Assembly (NCBI GenBank): GCA_021851875.1
Contig: JAJZQI010000007.1
Coordinates: 27,800 to 91,799 of the forward strand
Reading direction: 5' to 3'
From: Pseudomonadota bacterium
GTDB lineage: Bacteria; Pseudomonadota; Gammaproteobacteria; Burkholderiales; JAJZQI01
DNA: 64,000 nucleotides
Each line of letters starts with the position of its first letter. Within the stretch, counting starts at the first letter, position 1. Below the pieces are notes generated by a model. That model worked only from the letters and a program-made list of their open reading frames with translations. It did not search any database and was not told the DNA's origin. Both the position numbers and the translations under genes were made by a program. Positions 37,408-46,336 of this stretch are shown here, piece after piece.

Positions 37408-38048
37408 GATGAAACTTCCTGTGATTCAATTTGCTGTAGCAATTCGCTGCTGTGCACCACGCGGCCGAAAATTCCGCCTTCCACTCCGACCATTTGCAGT
37501 GCAGCCGTTTGCAGCTCCGGATAGGGTGAGGCGCAGCCGTCGGCGACCAGCAGGCATTCATACCCCCGGTCGATGGCGTCGCGCAGGGTGGAGTGAACGC
37601 ATACTTCGGTTGTGACACCGGTGAAAATGAGCCGGCGAATGCCGCGGTTGGTCAGCAGACCGGGCAGATCGGTATTGACGAAAGCGCTGTAGCCCGGCTT
37701 GTCGACCACGGGTTCACCGGCCTGCGGCTGTAATTCGTCGATGATGTCGTGGCCGTGTTCGCCGCGAATGAGCAGGCGGCCAAGCGGCCCCTGTGAGCCG
37801 ATTTCGGCACCGGCCACGCGGCTGCGGGCGAGTTTGCTCGACGGGCAGTCGGACAGATCCGGCCGGTGACCTTCGCGGGTGTGGACGATGAGCATGCCGG
37901 CCCGGCGCGCGGCCGACAGCAGCGCCTGAATGGTCGCAATCGGCTGGCGTAATGCGCTGATATCAAGGCCGGCGCCGGCAGCATAGCCGCCCGGGTCGAG
38001 AAAATCGCGCTGCATGTCGATGACCAGCAGGGCCGTGCACGTCATCAC
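37404..38048 (-). CDS. Isochorismatase-like cysteine hydrolase
   Basis: 214 aa. Catalytic D-K-C pattern: LLVIDMQRDF, VVDKPGYSAF, GVTTEVCVHST. ATGA overlaps on both sides. Confidence 0.85.
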   Translation of the reverse strand: MMTCTALLVIDMQRDFLDPGGYAAGAGLDISALRQPIATIQALLSAARRAGMLIVHTREGHRPDLSDCPSSKLARSRVAGAEIGSQGPLGRLLIRGEHGHDIIDELQPQAGEPVVDKPGYSAFVNTDLPGLLTNRGIRRLIFTGVTTEVCVHSTLRDAIDRGYECLLVADGCASPYPELQTAALQMVGVEGGIFGRVVHSSELLQQIESQEVSS

Positions 38049-38932
38049 GTATTTTCCTCCTGCGGTTCGGTCAAGGCTTCCAGCATGCCTGCTGCAAGGA
38101 TCAGGCCGGCACCGATGCCCTCCGACAGCGTCAGCGATTCGTCATTGATCAGGACGGCTGAAACCAGCGCAACCACCAGTTCCGACAGCAGCAGGATGCT
38201 CGCCTTGCCGGCCGGCAGGCGGGAAACGCCGAAATAGGTGGCCAGCGTGCCGGGCAGAATCCATATCAGTCCAAGGATAGGCAGGGCCAGCCAGTATTGC
38301 GGCGCAGCCGCCGGGGCGGATGACCCTTCCCAGCCGAACATGAAGGCGGAGAAGATGATGCAGCCGATAAATACCGCCATGATGCGGCCGCTTTCCGGCA
38401 GGTGGAAACCCGCCCGGATGGTGACGTTGTTAAGAGCGAAGGCGACGCCGGCGGACAATGCCAGGAGGTCGATGCCCGACAGCGGGGCGGCGAACAGGTC
38501 GGGGCCGCCCAGGGTCATGGCCAGGCCGGTCAGCGCGACGGTCAGCGACAGCAGACGCAGGCGGGTGATCGGTTCGCCCAGTGCCACGCGGGCTGCCAGG
38601 ATGGTCCATACCGGCGCCAGATAAAACAGCAGCATGACCCGGACCACGCTGCCGTAGGCCAGGGCGCTGGCAAATGAAGCGTTGGCCCAGCCGCCGAACA
38701 GGGCGATGAGCAGCAGCATGCCGGCATGGGCCCGTAGCGGTGCCTTATCCAGGCGCCACACGGCCGGTAGCATGGCCAAGGCAGCGCTGGCATTGGCAGC
38801 CATTTGAATCAGGCCGCTGGGGAAGCCCTGATCGGCCAATTGCTTGAGAGGCCACCAGAAGAGACCCCAGACGAGCGATCCGCCGAGTAGAACGGAGACG
38901 GCAAGGGATTGTTGTTGCTTGCTATATGGCAT
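38045..38932 (-). CDS. DMT-superfamily (EamA-like) transporter
   Basis: 295 aa. About ten predicted TM helices arranged as two EamA-like repeats. Confidence 0.8.
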   Translation of the reverse strand: MPYSKQQQSLAVSVLLGGSLVWGLFWWPLKQLADQGFPSGLIQMAANASAALAMLPAVWRLDKAPLRAHAGMLLLIALFGGWANASFASALAYGSVVRVMLLFYLAPVWTILAARVALGEPITRLRLLSLTVALTGLAMTLGGPDLFAAPLSGIDLLALSAGVAFALNNVTIRAGFHLPESGRIMAVFIGCIIFSAFMFGWEGSSAPAAAPQYWLALPILGLIWILPGTLATYFGVSRLPAGKASILLLSELVVALVSAVLINDESLTLSEGIGAGLILAAGMLEALTEPQEENT

Positions 38933-38959
38933 GGCCTGTGCGATCTATGGCGGCGGGCA

Positions 38960-38999
38960 AGAAAAAAGGGTCGCTGTGGTTGTTGGGAAACAGCGACCC
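38960..38999 (-). terminator. Rho-independent terminator/attenuator after the SBP gene
   Basis: On the minus strand, GGGTCGCTG-N14-CAGCGACCC is followed by TTTTTTCTT. It lies only about 28 nt upstream of the EamA ATG. Confidence 0.75.
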
Positions 39000-39018
39000 G
39001 GTTGCCGGTTGTTTTAAC

Positions 39019-40017
39019 TTATTTTGCTTGCAGGGCTTTTACAAAACGCTCATCCAGCGTTGCCGGGATCGCTACCGCTTGCCTGATCTGGCCGTTCTTG
39101 ACCAGAATGTCGTTGATGACGCCGCCGCTGACAAAGTAGGACTTGGTGTCCTTGCCCGGCGCGAAAGGCGTCAGCATCTCATTGAAGGGAATGTTGTACA
39201 CCCCCTTGAGCTGCTCCATGGCTTCCTTGTCGGATACGCCCATGGCTTTGCCGATCAGCTTGGCGGCTTCGGCCGGCTTGCTCTTCATGTACTCCAGGCC
39301 ATCCAGGTAAGACTGGATCAGTGCCTTGATTTCCGCGCCGTTCTTGTCGATGTGCTTGCTGTCGAACACCAGCACGTCGGCAATCAGGCCCGGTGCATTG
39401 CGGGAAGAATAAATCACCTGGAATTTGCCACCGCCGCTGCTGAGGATTTGCGACACATTCGGCTCATAGGTCACGCCGGCCGGGGTGGCACCCGAGGCCA
39501 TGGCAGCCGGAACAGCCTCCGGGGTCATGTTGACCGGCTTGATGTCCTTGTCCGTCATGCCGTTGGTTTTCAGGGCATAGGAAATCAGAAAGTCGGATGG
39601 CGACAACGGGGCATAGGCGACCTTCTTGCCTTTCAGGTCGGTGATTTTGCTGATCGGCTTGGCGGCCAGCACGGCATCACCACCGAAGGAGTAGTCGATC
39701 GGCATGACCACTTTGTAGACCTTGCCCTGACCAGCGGCACCGATCACCTGGTCGTAGGTCATCAGCGTGCCATCCACGGCGCCGCCGGCCATGGCGGAAG
39801 GCAGCATGGCCGGGTCGGCAAAGGTTTGCAGGCTGACGTTGAGGCCGTGCTTCTCGTACAGTTTCAGGGCGTCGGCAACATAAAAGGGCGAATAGCCGAT
39901 CCAGGTGGTCAGGCCGATTTTCATGTTGCTGGCGGCGTGGGCGGTGCTGATGCTGGCAGCTGCGGCAACGGCGCCTGCAGTCAGAAAGAGCTTGTGCAGC
40001 AGAGTGGGCTTGGACAT
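39019..40017 (-). CDS. ABC transporter substrate-binding protein (NMT1/THI5-like, NitT/TauT family)
   Basis: 332 aa. Signal peptide ...AAAASISTAHA. SBP fold motifs GLTTWIGYSPFYVA. Same transporter family as the permease/ATPase at 13635-15292, which have no SBP gene of their own. Confidence 0.9.
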   Translation of the reverse strand: MSKPTLLHKLFLTAGAVAAAASISTAHAASNMKIGLTTWIGYSPFYVADALKLYEKHGLNVSLQTFADPAMLPSAMAGGAVDGTLMTYDQVIGAAGQGKVYKVVMPIDYSFGGDAVLAAKPISKITDLKGKKVAYAPLSPSDFLISYALKTNGMTDKDIKPVNMTPEAVPAAMASGATPAGVTYEPNVSQILSSGGGKFQVIYSSRNAPGLIADVLVFDSKHIDKNGAEIKALIQSYLDGLEYMKSKPAEAAKLIGKAMGVSDKEAMEQLKGVYNIPFNEMLTPFAPGKDTKSYFVSGGVINDILVKNGQIRQAVAIPATLDERFVKALQAK

Positions 40018-40044
40018 GAAATGGGCTCCTCGGTAAGGGTCAAA

Positions 40045-40180
40045 TTGCGGGAGAGCGGCATGGCGCGCGTTCTCCCGGGTTTTTGTCCCTCCGTGCAGTC
40101 CAGCGGCATGGCAGGACCGGCGGCTCTCGGACCAGTCGCATGCGCTGTATTCATGCCGGAACCCTAGCCGCCTTATCGCA
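40045..40180 (-). promoter_or_regulatory. Second ykkC / guanidine-I riboswitch
   Basis: Minus-strand RNA reads GGCGGCUAGGGUUCCGGCAUGAAUACAGCGCAUGCGACUGGUCCGAGAGCCGCC...CACGGAGGGACAAAAACCCGGGAGA. These are the same conserved blocks as the copy at 13383. Downstream CUCUCCCG can pair with CGGGAGA. GAGGAG SD lies 8 nt before the SBP ATG. Confidence 0.9.
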
Positions 40181-40227
40181 GCGGTTGAGCCGGAAATGCC
40201 CGCTCATCCCCTTCGCCGTTAGCATAC

Positions 40228-40243
40228 AGCAAACTATATGCCA
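40228..40243 (-). promoter_or_regulatory. Sigma-54-type -24/-12 promoter (candidate) for the riboswitch-SBP unit
   Basis: Minus strand TGGCAT-ATAGT-TTGCT (GG-N10-GC). Predicted TSS is near 40217, about 45 nt upstream of the aptamer. Confidence 0.5.
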
Positions 40244-40305
40244 ACATCCCGATTTGAATTGTGGCGCGGCCTCATGGTTTGGGTGGCATGCGCCGCACGC
40301 GGTGT

Positions 40306-40352
40306 TGCACAACTCTGGTGCGTGCCGGAAGTTGCTGCACGGCCTTAGTGCC
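40306..40352. promoter_or_regulatory. Two NtrC-like enhancer dyads
   Basis: TGCACAACTCTGGTGCG (40306-40322) and TGCACGGCCTTAGTGCC (40336-40352). Their centres are 30 bp apart, 70-110 bp upstream of the 40228 promoter. Confidence 0.4.
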
Positions 40353-40360
40353 TGGCTTTG

Positions 40361-41134
40361 TCACTTGAATGGGAAGGCGATGATGGCCTTGACCACCCAC
40401 TTGTCGGTCGCCTGGACATAACCCCGGCCGATGCCGAAGTTGATATCATATCCCTGCTGTTCATAATCCAGCGCGGCATACAGGTAATGGTTGCGCTGGT
40501 CCTTCGGCAGCGGGTGATCAATGGCGCCGAAGCCGCCGTAGTATTCAAAACCGGCGCGGGTGGTGCCGCTCACGCGGCGGCTGATTTTCAGCGCCGGCTC
40601 GAAGGACGGATCATGGTCGACGTTGTTGCTCAGTTCGGCATCCAGAATCGGGTTGAAGCTGACCAGCCAGTTGTATGTGCGGTAGCCGATAATGGGGCGC
40701 AGCTCCATGCCCCAATTGCTCTCGGCAACGCGGCGGGCGTAATAACCCAGTTCGGTGTTGATGCCCCAGAAGAAAGGCTGATCGTCCGGCCGGGGAGCCA
40801 TGTATTTCAGGCGCAGGCGCAGGCCGTTGTTGTACGTTTCGCCGCCGGGACTCATGGCGAAGGGAACATACAGACCGGCTTCCAGTTGCTTGGTGATGCC
40901 GTAGGAGAATTCCGGCGTGACCTGCAGCATGTGGTTGGGCGGCATCTCGCCGGCATAAGCGGGTGCGGTGTTGCCTTTGACGGAGTAGTTGACGTGCAAT
41001 TCAAGGCCGAATTCGCCGGGGTCGTCCATTTCCTCCGTGTATACCTGGATTTCATCCGGCGCGGCCTGAACAAGAGGGGCGGTGCAAGCAAGTATGGCGG
41101 CGGCCAGAATAGATGGGGCGGTGCGGTGCAGCAT
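40361..41134 (-). CDS. Outer-membrane beta-barrel protein (MetA-pathway/transporter-like OMP family)
   Basis: Signal peptide MLHRTAPSILAAAILACTAPLVQA. Alternating beta-strand pattern with C-terminal ...KAIIAFPFK. Start trimmed from TTG 41170 to ATG 41134. Confidence 0.7.
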   Translation of the reverse strand: MLHRTAPSILAAAILACTAPLVQAAPDEIQVYTEEMDDPGEFGLELHVNYSVKGNTAPAYAGEMPPNHMLQVTPEFSYGITKQLEAGLYVPFAMSPGGETYNNGLRLRLKYMAPRPDDQPFFWGINTELGYYARRVAESNWGMELRPIIGYRTYNWLVSFNPILDAELSNNVDHDPSFEPALKISRRVSGTTRAGFEYYGGFGAIDHPLPKDQRNHYLYAALDYEQQGYDINFGIGRGYVQATDKWVVKAIIAFPFK

Positions 41135-41216
41135 GATCACTCTCGTCACGGGAAATAATAACGAGAACAATTATCATTTTCTTGGTGTGGTTTGGCAAGT
41201 CGTTCGCATTAATTTC

Positions 41217-41232
41217 TGGCACGGCCCTTGCT
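41217..41232 (+). promoter_or_regulatory. Near-consensus sigma-54 -24/-12 element
   Basis: TGGCAC-GGCCC-TTGCT. A weaker tandem copy TGGCAA-GTCGT-TCGCA lies at 41192-41207. It is about 260 nt upstream of dusB on the same strand. Confidence 0.35.
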
Positions 41233-41490
41233 GAGTGTTGTATTCCCCCATCAAGGGGATAGATAAACCAATACCAAGATGAACGGGACAACATGCGGGC
41301 AAACTTCTCTCCAGCGACCGGCTGTACCGGATGGACCATGTTTCAGCCAGCCAATTGGGCTGATTGGCAAACCGAACCTGCTGCTTTAAAAGTGGATTTT
41401 GCTGCCGGGTACCCTAATCAGAGGTTTCTTGCCGGGGTGGTTTTGCGGTAAAATCCCGCACTTTCCCCTAAGCCCCCGTTCCGGTCTGCT

Positions 41491-42510
41491 ATGCGTATTG
41501 GCCCTTACGAATTGCGAAACAACCTGATCGTCGCCCCCATGGCGGGTGTGACCGATCGCCCATTCCGCCAGTTGTGCAAGAAAATGGGCGCGGGCATGGC
41601 CGTATCCGAAATGGTCGCCTCCAACTCTCTCTTGTGGGGTTCGGAGAAAACCAAGCGGCGCGCCAACCACGATGGCGAAGTGGAGCCCATTTCGGTGCAG
41701 ATCGCCGGAGCGGATCCGAAAATGATGGCCGAGGCGGCCAAGTACAATGTCGACCAGGGCGCGCAGATTATCGACATCAATATGGGTTGCCCGGCCAAGA
41801 AGATCTGCAATGTGATGGCGGGGTCGGCGCTGCTGCAGAATGAGCCGCTGGTGGAACAGATTCTCAACGCCGTAGTGAAGGCCGTAAATGTGCCGGTGAC
41901 GCTGAAAATCCGTACCGGCTGGGACCGCGAGCACCGCAATGCGCTGAATGTGCTCAAGCTGGCGGAAGAGGCCGGCATCCGGGCGCTGGCCATTCACGGC
42001 CGTACGCGCGCCTGCGGCTATACCGGACATGCCGAGTACGAGACCATCGCGGCGGTCAAGGCCAATGCGCACATTCCCATCATTGCCAACGGCGACATCA
42101 CCACGCCGGAAAAAGCCAAGTATGTGCTCGATGTGACCGGTGCCGACGCGGTCATGGTCGGCCGCGCCGCGCAGGGGCGGCCATGGATTTTCCGCGAGAT
42201 CGGGCATTTCCTGGCAACCGGCACGCACCTGCTGCCGCCGCAAGTGACCGAAATTCACAGCATTCTGCGTGCGCATTTGATCGAGCTGTATGAGTTTTAT
42301 GGCGAGTACACCGGCGTGCGCATGGCGCGCAAACACATTTCCTGGTACACCAAGGGGCTGGTTGGTTCGGCCAGTTTCCGCCATGGCATGAACCAGTTGA
42401 CCAGTACCGAAGAACAGTTGCAGGTGGTCGATGCATTCTTCGCCGAACAGGCTGCCATTGCCCCGCATCTTCGTTATAACGAGGATGACGGGTCACGCGA
42501 GGCGGCCTGA
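41491..42510 (+). CDS. dusB: tRNA-dihydrouridine synthase B
   Basis: 339 aa. Starts NNLIVAPMAGVTDRPFRQLC, with a TIM-barrel FMN motif. Classic dusB-fis pairing. Confidence 0.95.
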   Translation: MRIGPYELRNNLIVAPMAGVTDRPFRQLCKKMGAGMAVSEMVASNSLLWGSEKTKRRANHDGEVEPISVQIAGADPKMMAEAAKYNVDQGAQIIDINMGCPAKKICNVMAGSALLQNEPLVEQILNAVVKAVNVPVTLKIRTGWDREHRNALNVLKLAEEAGIRALAIHGRTRACGYTGHAEYETIAAVKANAHIPIIANGDITTPEKAKYVLDVTGADAVMVGRAAQGRPWIFREIGHFLATGTHLLPPQVTEIHSILRAHLIELYEFYGEYTGVRMARKHISWYTKGLVGSASFRHGMNQLTSTEEQLQVVDAFFAEQAAIAPHLRYNEDDGSREAA

Positions 42511-42549
42511 TTTTTATCAAGGCATCCACCTTTCACAAAGACTGTGCGC

Positions 42550-42792
42550 ATGAACCAAAAAGATAATCAAAGCATTTCCGCCTGCATCCGTGAAAGCATG
42601 GAAGCCTACTTTCGCGACCTGGACGGCGAGCCGCCCAGCAATGTGTACGAAATGGTGGTGAACTGTGTGGAAAAGCCCATGCTGGATGCCGTGCTGCGCT
42701 ATGCGGGCGGCAATCAGACGCGGGCAGCTGAAATTCTCGGCATCAACCGCAATACCCTGCGGAAAAAACTCAAAGATCACGGGCTGGGCTGA
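42550..42792 (+). CDS. fis: DNA-binding protein Fis
   Basis: C-terminal HTH GNQTRAAEILGINRNTLRKKLK. Start taken at ATG 42550; the track uses GTG 42544. Confidence 0.9.
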   Translation: MNQKDNQSISACIRESMEAYFRDLDGEPPSNVYEMVVNCVEKPMLDAVLRYAGGNQTRAAEILGINRNTLRKKLKDHGLG

Positions 42793-42871
42793 CAGCTAAC
42801 GTGCCAAGGATTGCTTCCTTACATGCGGGAGCGATCCGGACTGAATTAACTTCATTGAGGTGGTTTGTATT

Positions 42872-44434
42872 ATGGCGGTCATTAAACGTGCGCTGATGAG
42901 CGTATCGGACAAGGCGGGCATTGTTGAATTTGCCCAGATGCTCAACGGTTTCGGCGTGGAAATCCTGTCCACCGGGGGTACGGCCAAATTGCTGGCCGAT
43001 GCCGGCATTCCGGTGATCGAGGTGGCCGATTACACCGGTTTCCCGGAAATGCTCGACGGTCGCGTGAAAACCCTGCACCCGAAAGTGCACGGCGGCATTC
43101 TGGCGCGGCGCGATTTGCCCGAGCATGAAGTCAAAATGCAGGAAATGGCTTACGGCTACATCGATCTGGTGGCGGTCAACCTGTACCCGTTTGTGCAGAC
43201 CATTTCCAAACCGGGTTGCACGCTGGCAGACGCCATTGAAAACATCGATATCGGCGGGCCCGCCATGGTGCGCGCAGCGGCCAAGAACCATGCCCATGTG
43301 GCCATCGTGACCGATCCGGCCGACTATGCGGCCGTGGCGGCGGAAATGACCGCCAGCAACGGCGCCATCGGCGCGGCCACCCGCTTTGCCCTGGCGAAGA
43401 AGGCTTTCTCCCACACCGCGGCATACGACGGCGCCATCAGCAACTACCTGACGGCGCTGAACGAGGAAAACCAGCCGCAGTCCTTCTCCAATGTGCTGTC
43501 CATGCAGTTCAACAAGGTACAGGACCTGCGCTACGGCGAAAATCCGCATCAGGCCGGCGCTTTCTATAAAGACGCCCAGCCGGTGCCCGGTTCCATCAGC
43601 AGCTATACCCAGCTGATGGGCAAGGAGCTGTCGTTCAACAACATCGCCGATGCCGATGCGGCGTGGGAATGCGTCAAGACTTTCGATGTGCCGGCCTGCG
43701 TCATCATCAAGCATGCCAACCCTTGTGGCGTGGCGGTTGGCGCCAGCCTTACCGACGCCTACAAGCGTGCCTTCTCCACCGATCCGACGTCGGCTTTCGG
43801 CGGCATCATCGCCTTCAACCGCGAGTTGGACAAGGCCGCTGCCGAAGCCATCATGGGCCAGTTCGTCGAAGTGGTGATCGCTCCCGGCGTGTCGGCCCAC
43901 GCGGCCGAAGTGCTGGCAGCCAAGCCGAATGTCCGTGTCCTGTCCGTACCGCTGGAAGCCGGTGCCAATGCCTTCGACATCAAACGGGTCGGCGGCGGTA
44001 TCCTGGTGCAGACGCCTGACGTGCGCAATGTGGCCGCCGACGAGCTGAAGGTGGTGACCAAACGCACCCCGACCGCGGAAGAACTGCAAAACCTGCTGTT
44101 CGCCTGGCGTGTAGCCAAATACGTCAAGTCCAATGCCATCATTTTCGCCGGCAACGGCATGACCCTGGGTGTGGGGGCCGGGCAAATGAGCCGTGTCGAC
44201 AGTACCAAGATCGCCCGCATCAAGGCGCAGAATGCCGGTCTGGAGCTGAAGGGTTCCGTGGCCGCGTCCGACGCCTTCTTCCCTTTCCGCGACGGGGTGG
44301 ATGTGATAGCCGAAGCGGGTGTGACGGCCATCATCCAGCCGGGCGGCAGCATCAAGGACGCCGAGGTCATTGCAGCGGCCGACGAACACGGCATCGCCAT
44401 GGTGCTGACCGGTATCCGTCACTTCAGGCATTAA
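42872..44434 (+). CDS. purH: Bifunctional AICAR transformylase / IMP cyclohydrolase
   Basis: Starts [17 protein letters not shown]...[10 protein letters not shown]...[14 protein letters not shown]. 520 aa from ATG 42872 (GAGGTGG SD). Confidence 0.95.
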   Translation: MAVIKRALMSVSDKAGIVEFAQMLNGFGVEILSTGGTAKLLADAGIPVIEVADYTGFPEMLDGRVKTLHPKVHGGILARRDLPEHEVKMQEMAYGYIDLVAVNLYPFVQTISKPGCTLADAIENIDIGGPAMVRAAAKNHAHVAIVTDPADYAAVAAEMTASNGAIGAATRFALAKKAFSHTAAYDGAISNYLTALNEENQPQSFSNVLSMQFNKVQDLRYGENPHQAGAFYKDAQPVPGSISSYTQLMGKELSFNNIADADAAWECVKTFDVPACVIIKHANPCGVAVGASLTDAYKRAFSTDPTSAFGGIIAFNRELDKAAAEAIMGQFVEVVIAPGVSAHAAEVLAAKPNVRVLSVPLEAGANAFDIKRVGGGILVQTPDVRNVAADELKVVTKRTPTAEELQNLLFAWRVAKYVKSNAIIFAGNGMTLGVGAGQMSRVDSTKIARIKAQNAGLELKGSVAASDAFFPFRDGVDVIAEAGVTAIIQPGGSIKDAEVIAAADEHGIAMVLTGIRHFRH

Positions 44435-44441
44435 TGGCGGA

Positions 44442-44500
44442 GAAGGGGGAAGAGGGAAGGGTAACACTGCGCGCCCTTCTCCCTTCCCTCTTCCCCCTTC
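44442..44500. repeat. 20-bp perfect inverted repeat of polypurine/polypyrimidine arms
   Basis: GAAGGGGGAAGAGGGAAGGG (44442-44461) and CCCTTCCCTCTTCCCCCTTC (44481-44500) are separated by a 19-nt loop. Lies between purH and purD. No T-tract follows. Confidence 0.7.
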
Positions 44501-44518
44501 CCATTACAAGAGGTTCTC

Positions 44519-45784
44519 ATGAAATTACTGGTTATTGGTAACGGCGGGCGTGAACATGCGCTGGCATGGAAGCTGGCGCAGGGTGAGCGGGTGCAGAAAG
44601 TATACGTGGCGCCGGGCAACGGCGGTACCGCGCTGGACCCCAATCTGGAAAACGTCGCCATCAGCGCGATTGCCGAACTGATCGAGTTTGTCAAAGCCGA
44701 AAATATCGCTTTTACCGTGGTGGGCCCGGAAGCGCCTCTATCGCAGGGCATCGTCGATGCCTTCCGCGCTGCAGGACTGAAAATCTTCGGCCCCACGCGC
44801 AAGGCCGCCCAGCTGGAAGCCTCGAAGGATTTCGCCAAGGCCTTCATGGTGCGTCACGGTATTCCCACGGCGGAATACATCACCTTTACCGACGCCGACA
44901 AGGCGCACACCTACATCAACGTCAAGGGTGCGCCCATCGTCATCAAGGCCGACGGCCTGGCGGCCGGCAAGGGCGTGGTGGTGGCGCAGACGCTGGAAGA
45001 GGCGCATGCCGCGGTGGACATGATGCTGGTCGACAACAAGATGGGCGACGCCGGCGCGCGTATCGTGGTGGAAGAGTGCCTGCTGGGCGAAGAAGCCAGT
45101 TTCATTGTCATGGTGGATGGCGAACATGTGCTGCCGCTGGCCACCAGCCAGGACCACAAACGCCTGCTGGACAACGATGCCGGCCCCAACACCGGGGGCA
45201 TGGGCGCGTATTCGCCGGCGCCGGTGGTGACGCCTGAGCTGCATGCCAAGATCATGCGCGAGGTCATTCAACCTGCCGTGACCGGCATGAAAAAGGATGG
45301 CGAACTGTATACCGGCTTCCTCTACGCCGGCGTAATGATATCCCCGGCAGGCAATATCAAGGTGCTGGAATTCAACTGCCGCATGGGCGATCCGGAAACC
45401 CAGCCGATCATGTTCCGCCTGAAGAGCGATCTGACCGTGCTGGTCGAGCACGCCATCAACGGCACGCTCGACAAGGTGGAAGCCAAGTGGGACCGCCGCA
45501 CCGCGCTGGGCGTGGTGCTGGCGGCGCAGAACTACCCGGACAATCCGAAAAAGGGCGACGTCATCAGCGGTCTGCCGGGTGCAATGGAAGACGCCCATGT
45601 GTTCCATGCCGGTACTATCATGCAGGGCGGGCAGGTGGTGACCAGCGGCGGTCGCGTGCTGTGCGTCACGGCCCTGGGCGACAGCGTCAAGATGGCGCAG
45701 CGGCGCGCTTATGAGGTGGTGGGCGGTATCCGTTTCGACGGCATGCAGTACCGCAAGGACATCGGTTTCCGCGCCATCAAGTAA
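44519..45784 (+). CDS. purD: Phosphoribosylamine-glycine ligase
   Basis: 421 aa. Starts MKLLVIGNGGREHALAWKL, with an ATP-grasp core. Confidence 0.95.
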   Translation: MKLLVIGNGGREHALAWKLAQGERVQKVYVAPGNGGTALDPNLENVAISAIAELIEFVKAENIAFTVVGPEAPLSQGIVDAFRAAGLKIFGPTRKAAQLEASKDFAKAFMVRHGIPTAEYITFTDADKAHTYINVKGAPIVIKADGLAAGKGVVVAQTLEEAHAAVDMMLVDNKMGDAGARIVVEECLLGEEASFIVMVDGEHVLPLATSQDHKRLLDNDAGPNTGGMGAYSPAPVVTPELHAKIMREVIQPAVTGMKKDGELYTGFLYAGVMISPAGNIKVLEFNCRMGDPETQPIMFRLKSDLTVLVEHAINGTLDKVEAKWDRRTALGVVLAAQNYPDNPKKGDVISGLPGAMEDAHVFHAGTIMQGGQVVTSGGRVLCVTALGDSVKMAQRRAYEVVGGIRFDGMQYRKDIGFRAIK

Positions 45785-46320
45785 TGCCAACACTTGCCGC
45801 AATCAGGCAGTACCTGTCCCGCGGGGGCGTCATCGCCTACCCGACCGAGTCCTGCTATGGCCTGGGTTGCGACCCTGACAATCCGGCGGCGGTCGAGCGC
45901 ATTCTCAAACTGAAAGGCCGGCCGCGCCATAAAGGGCTGATCCTGATTGCGGCCGGGCGCCGGCAGTTGCAACCTTATGTGCACCTGCCGGCGGCAGAAC
46001 AGACTGCCGGCTATTGGCCCGGCCCCTTTACCTTCATCCTGCCGGCCCGCCGGCGGGCCGGCCGCTGGCTTACCGGCCGGCATAACGGTCTGGCTGTGCG
46101 GGTGACGGCCCATGCCGATGCCCGGCGTCTGTGCCGCGAGCTGGGCATGCCGCTGGTGTCCACCAGCGCCAACCGTAGCGGTTTCAAGGCGCTCAAGACT
46201 GCCAGCGCCTGCCGGCGCGAATTCGGCGCGCAGATCATGGTGCTGCCCGGCCGCATCGGCAACAGCAAGAACCCTTCCACCATCATCCATTTCGCCAGCG
46301 GCAAGGTGCTGCGGGGCTAA
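45784..46320 (+). CDS. tsaC: L-threonylcarbamoyladenylate synthase, YrdC/TsaC family
   Basis: 178 aa. Motifs [24 protein letters not shown] and [11 protein letters not shown] overlaps the purD stop by 1 nt. Confidence 0.8.
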   Translation: MPTLAAIRQYLSRGGVIAYPTESCYGLGCDPDNPAAVERILKLKGRPRHKGLILIAAGRRQLQPYVHLPAAEQTAGYWPGPFTFILPARRRAGRWLTGRHNGLAVRVTAHADARRLCRELGMPLVSTSANRSGFKALKTASACRREFGAQIMVLPGRIGNSKNPSTIIHFASGKVLRG

Positions 46321-46336
46321 CAGAGGTGCATTGTCT

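Noticed and set aside
41288-41392. 34-codon ORF (MNGTTCGQTSLQRPAVPDGPCFSQPIGLIGKPNLLL) downstream of the sigma-54-like element.
   Set aside because: It has no SD and no recognisable peptide family, and it is too short to distinguish from chance in GC-rich DNA. It is mentioned only as something to test.
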